The notes below the pieces were generated by a model. That model was not told where the DNA came from. It did not search any database and saw only the letters and a program-made list of their open reading frames with translations. DNA of 62,964 nt, the filler included, from Bigelowiella natans CCMP2755 (lineage: Eukaryota > Protista > Cercozoa), in the NCBI GenBank assembly GCA_000320545.1. It is 6 parts of 6 records of this genome, joined end to end, with 100 filler letters (N's around TTAATTAATTAA, not from the genome) between each part and the next. Parts side by side here need not be neighbours in the genome. Positions count along the whole stretch, not along the records: positions 14,982 to 31,670 come from ADNK01002606.1; positions 31,771 to 37,412 come from ADNK01003623.1; positions 37,513 to 58,869 come from ADNK01002123.1; 3 more parts are not named here. One strand, 5' to 3'. Below, in pieces: positions 26,068 to 37,653 of this stretch. The stretch's first letter is position 1, and every line of letters starts with the position of its first letter. A program made the position numbers and the translations under genes.

Positions 26068-27150
26068 CGAAACGATGAAGTCGACACGACTTAAGTACAA
26101 GAAAAGTGTAATATATGTGAATTTATTCTACATGTTCGCTGGAAATCTCATTTTACAAAAATAATAATCCCATCCTTCTTCTTCCTTCCCTTCCCTTCCT
26201 ATCTTCGGCTATCCTCCAACGAAGAACTATTACCGATGCCTTTGTTAATTGCTTCTCAAGCCCATTGAGCTTTCTAGGAGAAACGCGACTCAACATCTAA
26301 CCATCAATGCAATGTCGTGTGTTTCAGTTTACAAAGCATCCTCATTGACGCATCAACATATGGACTTTAGAGTCATACTAAAATACCCGCGACGTTCTCA
26401 GATGCCTATTGTATGGGGTGCTCTCTTCTCCATCCATCCCAGCCACCTGGAGAGACCGTAAATGGTCATCATATGGGAATGGATCTAGTAGGTGTCGAAA
26501 CGAAACGAGGCATATGCATGTCAAAGCTACAGATTGATTTCGTAGTGCACACCATTTTCATCATTGAATTAGTCTCCGGCACAATCAAAGCACTAGTATC
26601 TGTTGGTCTGAGAGGAAAGTGGGTGTTGGGCCGTGCTCGCTGTCTTCTTCCCGTTCTTCCTTCAATCGATGCTGTGGTGGCTGTTTTCGTTGATTTTGAG
26701 CATCCAGGAATCGAGGTCCTATAACCCCTCGTCGATGATCGTCTTATTAATTGCCCTCCAATGCTGTTGCTCCCCCCTCTGGTAGAGGAGGACGTGGGGG
26801 CGGAGGAGGAAAGGGCCGCAATTTTGGCAGCGCATCTAACCTAAATTCGATGATAAGTTGATTACTTTTTATTCACTCCATATGCTTTAAGGATGGCTTG
26901 TGAGTGATGACGACTAATACGCTCGTTATATGGCAATACGCTCGTTATATGGCATTTGTGGTTTCACGAATGCGTGTCTCTTCCGTGATTATGAAATGTT
27001 CCGCCTAACTAGCTAGCGCTATTGTAACTTCAAAGCGGGAAAAGTGATTGAAGTTTATTGGATTCCACACATTGCATAACTTCGGCTCGACAGGCACTCC
27101 CATAGCCAACAGCGCCAGAAGAGCCTTCGAAAACGCCATCCTTGTTTTCT
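22846..27150 (-). CDS. PlsC-family (1-acyl-sn-glycerol-3-phosphate) acyltransferase with a long N-terminal leader; both ends approximate
   Basis: Exons read IEVSGAEHIQRENTPT|VWVANHVSELDLLVF (NHxSxLD motif I)|..PIKFLYWDKLNEYPVL|RFLRTSGMIPVS (motif II)|..DVAILPEG|RRN (motif III)|GAFKLAKK|HGAKIGFIGTHG. Confidence 0.8.
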
Positions 27151-27630
27151 GGCCCGTTGAGAGAGGGGAGGGAGGGGTATCGTGTCGAGTTCCGTCGATT
27201 CTAAGTTGAGGGCGTTTTCATACTGCGACAACATGACTATCGTCGTCTAAAATCCCAATATCGCATGCTCTCTGTGCTGCGATGAGCTCAATGGAAACTG
27301 AAGCACTACCGAGTCTAGTCCCGGTATTCATTTATCTTCCCTTTAAACGTCCTAAGATTTGACGTGGCGTCATCGTCATAATGCAGGCAAATATACTCTT
27401 TAATCCTGGACCACCCCTCCCCCCGTGACGCGTACGGTATGCCACGTGGAACGATAGATCTAAAAATAATAGATTCAGATCGAGGAGGAAGTGCGAATTT
27501 CTCCCTTCGTTTGCACGCATGAGAAGTGGTCGTCGTCTTGCGCAGGCTCACCCCTTTTTTGTGCCATACGTGTTCGAGCTGCCTTGTCGCATGTTAAAAT
27601 CCGAATGAATTCCTCAATATTCGTCCAGCA

Positions 27631-28537
27631 ATGGAGTCAGGTGGCTCTGTTCCTGCCACTTCCGAGTACCGGCCTCTGCTTGAGAGTCGGGCTGCGAAGA
27701 GATGGGCATGGAGAGGCCCCATCGCGATTTGGTCAATGATCTCTCTGGTAGCAATGATGGCTGCTGCGTCTCTGAGCGGTTCAGACTTGCTTGCTTTCGG
27801 AGCTCGACCTGCGGTCACCACCACCACACGCATGCAAAACACGCATTTTGTTAAAATGGCTCGTGTCTCAACCCCCACCCACCTACAAAAATAGAATCGT
27901 GAGATTAAAGTTTGTATCTTCAGTCGAAATCGTGGGGTAGTGGAACCCGGACTGTCAGGAGCAGCATAGCGCCTGGGCGGGGAATTGCGAGTGTGAAGGG
28001 AATGCACAGGATGACTGCTCGGGGTGTGAGAGCAGCAGGATGTGACAAGAGGCCATCTACAATGCCAGCACGTCGAAACCTGCGTCTGAATCCTACTCGT
28101 GTTAATGCTGTGGAGGCTGCACGTGGTACAGAGGTCAGAGAAGAAGAAGAAGAAGAAGAAGAAGAAGAAGAGCAAGACCATTGAGGGTCACCTCGTGTAG
28201 AACAAATGCACATTCCATTTCACCTCTCGACAACATGAGAAGTCCCTGATCTTTTTTTAATATCATATCGAAGGAGGATAAGTTAATTACCTCTCCCAAC
28301 GACGATCGCAAATACAAGCTTGTCACTCTTCCGGATAACGGCCTCGAGGCAAGAAACGATAAAATAAGATAAATAACGCGCATCAGCATTGTTTCATGTC
28401 GTCACTGTCATCACTCATATACTGTATAGGTTTTGTTGATCTCGGATGAAGATGCAGACAGTGCTGCTGCTGCGATGGGCATCAACTGTGGATCCTGGTA
28501 GATACTTGAACGATTAACAGTCCAACAATAGTAATTT

Positions 28538-28568
<31 letters not shown>

Positions 28569-30009
28569 ACACATACACAAGCACGCAAGCACACACGCAC
28601 AAGCTAACGCACGAACCTGCACTTTCATTCTTCCTCGTGTTTATCAAATGGATGAATAAAAGGTGCGATCCTCGGGACATACCGGGCATGGCGCATTTTC
28701 TGGAGCATATGATGTTTCTCGGTGAAGTGACGTACATCTCTGCTTGACGCTGTATATTAGTATATATGAGTCTCGTTTATACTTACTGTACACTTATCTA
28801 TATGCACAAACATACATGAGGAAGGTGCTTTTGCTGATATGAATTATTACTCTGTCGGGATGACGATCGATCTTGATAACTTGTTAATAAAAGGGACTGA
28901 GAAATACCCGGAGGAGAACGACTATTCCTCTTATCTAAATCAGCATGGAGGGTGAGAAGCAGCAGCCTAATATCAAAATCATATTGAGCATATTACTTTG
29001 GAGTATCACATTAATAAGGGTATGTATATGTATGCTTATGTGTGTGTGTGTGTGTGTGTGTTTGTGTCCCGCATTTATTGCGTGTAATGGTGAAGCCCAT
29101 TGATATCTCTACTCTGTCCCCCCTCCCCCCCCCCCCAATTTAGATTCTCCAACGCATTCACATCGTCTGAAACAACGGTGTTTTACTTCACTGTGGACTC
29201 GAAGTTCCTGGAGAATTCTCTTGACCGATTCTCATGGTGGTGTTTGTGCAGTTTGATGTGACGACGATGCATGATGATGATGCTGATGATGATGCAGGTT
29301 TTTCAAGAAGCCATTGTTCAACGCTGGGGCAACAGATAGGGAGATAAATGCAATCGATTCCGAGCATAAGCAGTATCTTCAATCTGACTTCAGAAGGTAC
29401 TACGTGCATGCATTACGCTCCATGATGCGTGACTTGGTTTTGCTGGAAATCATCATCATCATCATCATCATTATCACCTTCTCCTTCTTCAAGTGCTCCT
29501 TCTGTCGATGAGGAGCTTTTTACGTGTGATGATATACCATATATTCTTCCTCCTCCTCCTCCTCCTCCTCCTCCTCCTCCTCAGGCTGTACGAAGTGCTG
29601 AAAGCTCAATCAAACACCGAGCATCCATTCTCCATGTTCGCCACAGGTAGTAATCAATGGCCATTTCGAATAATTTAGAATCATATGTTGAAGAGGAGGA
29701 GGAGGAAAAGTCTCGATTTGACTCTCCTTTCTTCTTCTTCTTCTTCTTCTTCTTCTTCTTCTTCTGTAGGCGACAAAACGACCTTGGGGAAACCGGATAT
29801 TAGGGACAGGTACTTGCTGCTTTGCCACATGAAACAACACCGCCGTCCGTCATATGTGCAGTTTTCTTCATGGTCAGCACCATCAACACATCATCACCAC
29901 ACCATCATTATTATTGCAATTTAGGCTGGTGGATTTCCACAATTCCCACTATTCCTCCAATCTGATGCGGCTCACGGTATACGGCAAAGAGCCCATTGAC
30001 ACTCTCGAG

Positions 30010-30042
<33 letters not shown>

Positions 30043-30285
30043 CATAGCCAGGATTTGTGAGGTATGCGTGATACGTAAACTGCTGTGGGTGTCGGTAATG
30101 CCTCTTCTTACGACGACGACATTGTGTGGCCAATAACAAATGATGATGATGGGGGGTGTTTCAGTCGTGGGCTAATAAGATGTTCAAGGACGTGCCAAAC
30201 AACAAGCTGGAAAAGCCTGATTTTCCGGTAATACTTTGACAGCATCTAGAAGGAAACAAAGAAGAAGAGTTATGCTGGCTTTAAG

Positions 30286-30329
<44 letters not shown>

Positions 30330-30570
30330 CTCTCTCGCTATCTCTTTTCTCTTTCTCTCTCTTTCTCGTCGCTACTACAAGCACACAAACACAGCACACA
30401 AACACAGCACACAAACACGCACTACTTCTCTCAATAAAACCAGATCACGAAGCCTGTCTTCCCGGAAGAGACGCTCTCGTCTCAAATATCAATCTTGCCT
30501 ATAGCTGATGAGCACAGCCTCATGTTAACATGGTGTGTGAGGAAGAACAAACTATCAACGCGATGCAACC

Positions 30571-30611
<41 letters not shown>

Positions 30612-30873
30612 AGATATAGATCTGGAGAAACATATTAGACTTTATTGTCATATCTATCGCTGCTGCTGCTGCTGCTTTCCTTTCATCATTATCAAAGTGT
30701 ACGATAACTACTAGATCTCTCATCATCATCATCATCATCATCAAAATATTGCTATTGCGTCATGTCATCAGGCCCGTTCCCATTGAGCTGAAGGACATTT
30801 ACCGAGAGAACCCTCATGGGTCGGGTCGGGTAGGGTAGGGTAGGCTTGCGGCAAACAACCGTAGAGAAAGAGG

Positions 30874-30917
<44 letters not shown>

Positions 30918-31670
30918 AACACACGCACAGAGTGATAGTGCAGTTTTTGTGCCCTGTTGTTGTTGTTGTTGTTGCTGCTGCTGCTGCTATGTGGTTAGCT
31001 TTCTGTCCTATGTGCTGTCGTCGGAAGCTCCAAAAGGCCTTGTCTCGGAACTAAAGGAGAAGGAATGGATTGCAGGTAACGAATGATGACAAATAATATG
31101 CTCATTCTTATTTTCATGAGAAGTAGTACTCGTTGTAGCTGTGGTAGTAGAAGTAACCAAATATCATAGCATTCAAGCGAAACGACTTAGGAGAATAGTA
31201 GTGATAGTAGTAACAGTAGCAGTAATAGTAGTTGTAGTAGTAGTAGCTAGTAGACGTATAGATCCAATTATCTCTCCCTGGAAAAGGGTTGTTTTCCAAA
31301 AAATGTGTGCTGTTTGTCTCGAAGACCGACTCATACATGATGCTGTTAAATGATGATGATGAGGATGATGATGACGAGGATGATGATGACGATGGTGATG
31401 ATGATAATGATGATGGTGATAACACTTGCCATTCTCCTCTGGGTACTACTACTCATCACAGGGTTGAGTGGACGCGTATTCATGCAATCGAAGGATCTTA
31501 ACGTCTTCAGCGTCTCAGTTGATCTCACCGATCTAGGTAACTGCTTTCGCGCTGCGATTTTGAATTTTACGAAAATATGATGTAAAGGGGGGGGAAGGAG
31601 GAGGAGGATGAGGAGGAGGAGACGCGATGTCATTCAATATATGTAAGTATGTATGTGGGTGTGAGTGTGT
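27631..31670 (+). CDS. M16A metallopeptidase (insulysin/pitrilysin-like) with a bipartite-like leader; 3' end truncated at the gap
   Basis: Exons read ITSPNDDRKYKLVTLPDNGLE|VLLISDEDADSAAAAMGINCGSW|CDPRDIPGMAHFLEHMMFLG|TEKYPEENDYSSYLNQHGG|FSNAFTS..|REINAIDSEH..|HPFSMFATG|..HYSSNLMRL, with the HxxEH zinc motif. Confidence 0.92.
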
Positions 31671-31770
31671 NNNNNNNNNNNNNNNNNNNNNNNNNNNNNN
31701 NNNNNNNNNNNNNNTTAATTAATTAANNNNNNNNNNNNNNNNNNNNNNNNNNNNNNNNNNNNNNNNNNNN
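31671..31770. other. Artificial contig linker
   Basis: 44N-TTAATTAATTAA-44N. Confidence 0.97.
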
Positions 31771-32441
31771 GCTTTGCTTTTCTGTTGGGCGAAGTCATTC
31801 ACCAAGTTCTTCAAGCTTTCTATATCATCTTCCATAAGAGCTACCTGTTTTGCACTCGCAGCAACCTTCATTTGAAGATCCTTAATAATACCATAATCTC
31901 TTCCGATTTGGAATTCTTGTTCTTCGTAGGATGCTATTTTTGCGTACATAATAATACTTCGGACAACCCCTTTTGGATTCTCCTCTTCATCAAATTTCTC
32001 GTCCTTGTTTTCATCTACACTTTCCTGTCGAATCTCGCTGGAAAGTCCTTTCGGAGCCACAGCTATATTAGGGACACTCTCGCTATTGGTGTTCGTCAAT
32101 TTGACATCAACAGTAGAATCTTCATGGGGGCTTTGTGATCTGCTTCCAACTGGGGTCATCCAAACAGTACTGTTTGTGTGCATTGTGTCAATAGGTTGCT
32201 TAGTACTTGTATCGATAATATTATGTTCCCCAGAATCATTTAATTTGTGATCTAACGTGTTCTCTTCTTCCTCTTCAGGGGGGGGAGGTGGTACGCTAAT
32301 TCTCCTCTCGTCATCATTCTCATCAGTATCATCGGAATCTTCTGTCAAAGGTGGAGCTGGAGGCACATCGTCTTCTTCATTTACACTGCTCTGTATCCCT
32401 TCTCCCTGTCCCAGCTTAGCCTCATTCGGTTGTGCACTCAT
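31771..32441 (-). CDS. Partial hypothetical protein: acidic/Pro-rich region followed by a coiled coil
   Basis: An open frame of more than 220 codons runs into the gap and contains PPAPP/PPPPP, acidic tracts and a heptad stretch IKDLQMKVAASAKQVALMEDDIESLKNLV. It may be an internal exon. Confidence 0.55.
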
Positions 32442-33628
32442 ATACTGAAGTCAAACATAAAGCATGTCAACAAAAAATCTAACTTTTGATTTGAAATAAA
32501 TCTCTCTACACAAACGAGGTAATGAAGAACCTTGACGAGCAAATTTTACGCCCGAGATTTAGAGAATTAAATCTCAGGGTGGCAAAGTGCAACCTAAAGG
32601 GTTGAGGCAGTAATGACTGCAGAAATATGCCTCAACGATAATGGGGCAATCCTGGTATAAACATAATTGGGTGTTATAGAAGACCAGAGTCTCAAAATAG
32701 AATAATCACAAGAAATGGTCACCTCCCTTGCCCGTTCGTCACAAGAATGACTATCACGAGACAGGGAAGATCTGTTACGAGCTACGAAAAGCAGCTTGAG
32801 AAAAGTGGGGAGGTGGGGGAGGGCTGACCCGGATAACCGCAAATCAAGTTATTGGAGACAGATTAAAATAGCCTCGATAACAGGCCTATTGCGACTAGCA
32901 TCGGGACACCCGATTTTCTTCGGTAACGTCCAATAAAATCTACTCAAATTTTAAGTTAATTCAGATGGAGGACGTTTTGAAGGGGTTTTGCCCCGTAAAC
33001 CATGCTTTTGAACAGATCTTCAACGCAGAATTCCGTGCGGAAATTGGAAAGGCACCACTTTTATCCACAGTTCAGAGCAAAAAGGAGACAGTCCAAAAGC
33101 GATCCCACATGGATCTTCCTCCTTTGATGATGTGATGCTGCAAAAATAAACAAAAAATCCAGGAAATCCATGGAAATTGACTAAAATAGGGACCACCACA
33201 ACCATGATGCGAACATACGAGTGAAGATGAGAAATGCGATATTCTGAGGAGACTTCAAGAGTCCGACATTGATTGCTCTACATCGTCTCCAATTTCTCCA
33301 CAGAGCAGAAAGTTCCAAGCGAAGGATGAAATTGATATCCATTATCCACATAAGACTTGAAAAACTTACAAAAATATAATTTTCTGCTCGAACATATCAC
33401 GCCCCGCGAATCCTTTATGAGTCTTACATCATCTTTGACGGATCGTTAAGTGCGCACATTTTACCTCGCTCTCCCATCCCACCAAGGTAGTGTGGAAATA
33501 ACTCTCCCATTCTTATTGAAGTTGCAACAGAACATATATGATGTAGATAGTCGAAAGCCTTATTTTTCTTGTTTTATAACATGAAGTTCCCTCGCGTCTA
33601 AACCGCTAGACACGTCTCAAGGGCGAAG

Positions 33629-36565
33629 ATGTCCACTTACACTGCCCCGAGGACCAACTTCGGGCAGCCACCTCCAGGGTATGTTGCTGGATTGGGACGA
33701 GGAGCTGTGGGATTCACAACACGGTCAGATATCGGTCCAGCTCGACCAGCAGTTGAGGCACCTCCGGGCTTCCAGGGTGGAGCAGAGAAGAAAAAAGCTA
33801 CCAATTACGGAGACGCCCAGTTTGACAAATTTTCTGGTTTCAATGAGAATCTTTTCGGTGGTGGAAAATTGGATGCAGAAGATATAGAGGCAGATAAAAT
33901 CTACGCTGCTATTGACAGGAGGATGGACTCGAAACGCAAGCTGCGGCGCGAGGAGCGAGTGAAAAAAGAAATTGAGGAGTATCGCAAAAAAAGGCCGAAG
34001 ATTCAGGAGCAGTTCAGGGACCTCAAGCGGGAACTGACTGATTTGAGTGAAGCTGACTGGGAAAGTATCCCCGAACCTCTAGATTATTCCAGGCGAAATA
34101 GGAAAAAAGCCGTCAGAATACAAACCTTCACGCCTGTTCCTGACAAGATTTTAAGAGAGGCTGGCCTTGGGGCTGGACAGGCTCAATACGCAGCTGGTAT
34201 GGCTACACCTGTGTCTGGTATGATGACTCCTGCAGGTTGGTCGACTCCAACGGGTTTTATGACTCCGGGATCAAAGCGTGGCGGGTGGTCTACACCCGCT
34301 GGATGGCAAACTCCATCAGGAATTGGTTTGCGCTCCGGCTTTGCGACACCGGCAGGATACGCTACCCCTGCAGGATATAGAACTCCAGCGAGTGGATTTG
34401 CAACACCAGGTGGGTTCGCAACTCCAGGATCTGGAAGAAAGGACCTTACGCAGTTGGGTAGGGCTCGTGACAAAATGCTTGGTATTAAATTGGATCGTGT
34501 AGCTGACTCTGTGACTGGACAAACTGTCATCGATCCTAAAGGGTACTTAACAGATCTCAATTCTTCGGTAAGAGTTCAAAATAGTTCTGACTTACAAGAC
34601 ATAAAGAAGGCTCGATTGCTCCTTAAAAGTGTAATTACAACAAATCCCAAGCATGGTCCTGGATGGATTGCTGCTGCGAGGTTAGAGCAGGAAACTGGTA
34701 AGCTCGTAATTGCCCGGAATTTGATTATGCGAGGTTGTGAAACGTGTCCAAAAAGCGATGACGTATGGCTCGAAGCTGCTAAGATGCATACCAAAGAGCA
34801 AGCTAAAGCGATACTGGCAAAGGCAATACGTTTCATTCCAACTAGTAAGAAAATCTGGCTTGCAGCATGCAAGTACGAGGAGACTATTGAAGGAAAGAAA
34901 GCTGTTCTTCGCCGTGCTCTAGAGCTTATTCCACACTCAGTAGATCTTTGGAAAGCGGCAGTTGAACTCGAAAATCCAGACGATGCGCGAGTGATGTTGA
35001 GCCGAGCTGTAGAACTTGTTCCTACTTCTGTTGAGTTGTGGATTGCCCTAGCTCGATTAGAAACCTACAAAAATGCTCGTAAAGTTCTTAACAGAGCACG
35101 TAAAGCAATTCCCACAGAACCTCAGATCTGGATTACAGCTTCCAAACTTGAGGAGGCAAATGGAAATATTCAAAATGTGGAAACCATCATTTCGAAAGCT
35201 GTTACATCTCTGGCAGCACACCAGGTCGTCATCGATCGAGATACCTGGTTGCAAGAAGCTGAAAAGGCTGAGAAAAGCAACAGTAAAATTACTTGCCAAG
35301 CAATCGTACGAACGACAATTGGAATTGGAATTGATCCTCAGGATTATAAAAATACGTGGTTAAATGATGCGGAACACTATCAATCTCGTAAATCGATCGA
35401 GACCACTCGCGCAATATATGCACATCTCCTCGTTAATTTTCCTGGTAAAAGAAAGATCTGGGAAAAGGCAGCACAATTCGAGAGACAATATGGTGATAGT
35501 ACTTCTCTGGATGCTCTGTTGAAGAAAGCAGTACATTATTGTCCAAAAGCTGAAGTTCTTTGGCTGATGTGGGCAAAAGAGAAATGGGTATCTGGAGACG
35601 TAGATGGAGCACGTGGAATATTGAAACAAGCTTTCGCTGCAAATACTGACAGTGAAGATGTTTGGGTTGCAGCCGTCAAGTTAGAAGTTGAGACAAAGGA
35701 ATTTGCAAGGGCCAGGGGATTACTTTCGAAAGCAAGAGAGCGCGCAGGTACCGAGCGTATTTGGATGAAATCAGCTCAATTGGAACGGCGCCTCGGAAAC
35801 ATTCCTGTTTGCCAGAAGTTGCTCGAGGATGGCACGCTCAGGTATCCGTCGTTCGATAAGTTGTGGATGATGCTTGGACAGTTACATGCAGCTAAGGGCG
35901 ACAGAGATGTTGCTCGAAAAACATATAGACAGGGTGTCAAGAAATGTCCGAAATCCACACCGCTCTGGTTATGCTACGCAAATCTTGAGATTGAGGCCAA
36001 GGAGTATTCCAGAGCTCGATCGCTTTTGGAGACAGCAAGGATGAAGATTCAGAAAGACCCTGAGTTGTGGCTTGCAGCAATAAATGTTGAGGAGAAGGCG
36101 AGAAACAAAAAAGTTGTTAAACAGATCATTGCTAAGGCTTTGCAAGAATGCCCTGGTGCGGGTATCTTATGGGCGCATGCAATTGCCACAGACCCCGCAC
36201 CTGCGAGAAAATCTAGAAGTTATGACGCTCTCAAACGATGCAGCGACGATCCTCATGTGTTCATATCTGTTGCAAAGTTATTTTGGTTGGATGGAAAACA
36301 AAGAAAAGCACGGAACTGGTTCAATCGAGCAATAACTGTCAGACCAAATTTAGGAGATGCCTGGGCATGGTTCTACAGATTTGAAAAAGACCAGCAAAGG
36401 AAATCCAAAATTCAGCGCGTACTGAAAAAATGCATTGAAGCAGAACCTTCTCATGGGGCTAGATGGTGTGCAGTTTCAAAGAAGGTTGAGAATGAAGGGT
36501 CGAAGACAGAAGCCATTTTGAAGTTGGTGGAAGAAACCCTCCCTAGAGATGTTTTCGAGGTCTAG
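33629..36565 (+). CDS. PRPF6: Pre-mRNA splicing factor PRP6 (U5-102K), intronless
   Basis: 978-aa ORF with the N-terminal PPPGYVAGLGRGAVGFTTRSDIGPAR, then DSVTGQTVIDPKGYLTDL, DIKKARLLLKSV..NPKHGPGWIAAARLE and a HAT/TPR repeat array. Confidence 0.98.
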   Translation: MSTYTAPRTNFGQPPPGYVAGLGRGAVGFTTRSDIGPARPAVEAPPGFQGGAEKKKATNYGDAQFDKFSGFNENLFGGGKLDAEDIEADKIYAAIDRRMDSKRKLRREERVKKEIEEYRKKRPKIQEQFRDLKRELTDLSEADWESIPEPLDYSRRNRKKAVRIQTFTPVPDKILREAGLGAGQAQYAAGMATPVSGMMTPAGWSTPTGFMTPGSKRGGWSTPAGWQTPSGIGLRSGFATPAGYATPAGYRTPASGFATPGGFATPGSGRKDLTQLGRARDKMLGIKLDRVADSVTGQTVIDPKGYLTDLNSSVRVQNSSDLQDIKKARLLLKSVITTNPKHGPGWIAAARLEQETGKLVIARNLIMRGCETCPKSDDVWLEAAKMHTKEQAKAILAKAIRFIPTSKKIWLAACKYEETIEGKKAVLRRALELIPHSVDLWKAAVELENPDDARVMLSRAVELVPTSVELWIALARLETYKNARKVLNRARKAIPTEPQIWITASKLEEANGNIQNVETIISKAVTSLAAHQVVIDRDTWLQEAEKAEKSNSKITCQAIVRTTIGIGIDPQDYKNTWLNDAEHYQSRKSIETTRAIYAHLLVNFPGKRKIWEKAAQFERQYGDSTSLDALLKKAVHYCPKAEVLWLMWAKEKWVSGDVDGARGILKQAFAANTDSEDVWVAAVKLEVETKEFARARGLLSKARERAGTERIWMKSAQLERRLGNIPVCQKLLEDGTLRYPSFDKLWMMLGQLHAAKGDRDVARKTYRQGVKKCPKSTPLWLCYANLEIEAKEYSRARSLLETARMKIQKDPELWLAAINVEEKARNKKVVKQIIAKALQECPGAGILWAHAIATDPAPARKSRSYDALKRCSDDPHVFISVAKLFWLDGKQRKARNWFNRAITVRPNLGDAWAWFYRFEKDQQRKSKIQRVLKKCIEAEPSHGARWCAVSKKVENEGSKTEAILKLVEETLPRDVFEV

Positions 36566-36659
36566 AAACCCTGATCATGATTAATCATTGAATTTGTGCA
36601 TATCTTCTTTGCGATTTCCAGTAGCACGTGACATTCATTCAGACCGCAAATTTGTTTCT

Positions 36660-37206
36660 TGAAGAAAGATGTGGTTGCATCACCGTGGCGGACATGCTAG
36701 CATGTCACATGCAGTGCGGTGCAGCGCTGCCGAAGACGCGACAGCGGCGATCAGGCTAGCAGGCTGAGTCGTGTGTGCAAGAGCGACCGAACGTCAGCGC
36801 AAGCTAACAAGCTGCACTCATCTCTTTCTGCGATGTGAGTGGCACCAACGATGTCGCTTGACATGACGCATCATTGCGCAACAATCTCATCGTCACAACT
36901 GCGCAATTCCGCCAGCGCGCATTTGCATGAGCCATCTTTGTACGTCATTCATGCAGTGCGCAATCTCATCGACACAAGTGTGCAAATCAAACACGCAAGC
37001 AAGCATTTCAGCTAAAAGAACAAAAAGCTACACAAGAATCCTGCTAGCCTGTGACATCATTCATTGAGGGTCAGGCTAACAGTGTTGAGTGTCAGGGTCG
37101 TGCCGGGGTCAGGGTTTCCATTCTGAACCACGCGGGTCAAGGTGAAGGAAGAAAAGAGGGTCAAAGTTTTTGTCAAACAGTTTAGGGATCATGATCATGA
37201 TCAGGG
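36660..37206. repeat. Subtelomeric TpA-depleted sequence with degenerate telomere-like TCAGGG units
   Basis: About 7 TA in 36660-37070, six of them CTA; gtcaggg/gggtca variants at 37068-37206. Confidence 0.6.
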
Positions 37207-37218
37207 TTAGGGTTAGGG

Positions 37219-37259
<41 letters not shown>

Positions 37260-37412
37260 GGTTAGGGGTTAGGGTTAGGGTTAGGGTTAGGGTTAGGGTT
37301 AGGGTTAGGGTTAGGGTTAGGGTTAGGGTTAGGGTTAGGGTTAGGGTTAGGGTTAGGGTTAGGGTTAGGGTTAGGGTTAGGGTTAGGGTTAGGGTTAGGG
37401 TTAGGGTTAGGG
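37207..37412 (+). repeat. Telomeric (TTAGGG)n array at the contig end
   Basis: About 34 tandem TTAGGG units with the G-rich strand running toward the contig end; two variant units (TTTAGGG, TTAGGGG). Confidence 0.97.
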
Positions 37413-37512
37413 NNNNNNNNNNNNNNNNNNNNNNNNNNNNNNNNNNNNNNNNNNNNTTAATTAATTAANNNNNNNNNNNNNNNNNNNNNNNNNNNNNNNN
37501 NNNNNNNNNNNN
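37413..37512. other. Artificial contig linker
   Basis: 44N-TTAATTAATTAA-44N. Confidence 0.97.
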
Positions 37513-37653
37513 ACATGTCGTAGCAGCACATGCATGCATTGCATGGCGCATGATGTTAGATTATGTAGCGACATTTACGTACAATGTGCCGTATGCATTG
37601 TTGTCCATGCACATGCGTAGCTGTAGCTGTTGCGCTGTGTACAAGGCATGCAC

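Noticed and set aside
26916-26953. 19-bp tandem duplication AATACGCTCGTTATATGGC x2
   Set aside because: Only two copies with no spacer; an ordinary local duplication and not CRISPR-like.
31771-37412. Nucleomorph origin of the compact telomeric contig
   Set aside because: Moderate GC, no 18-21 nt introns, no subtelomeric rDNA, and the repeat is TTAGGG rather than the TCTAGGG type.
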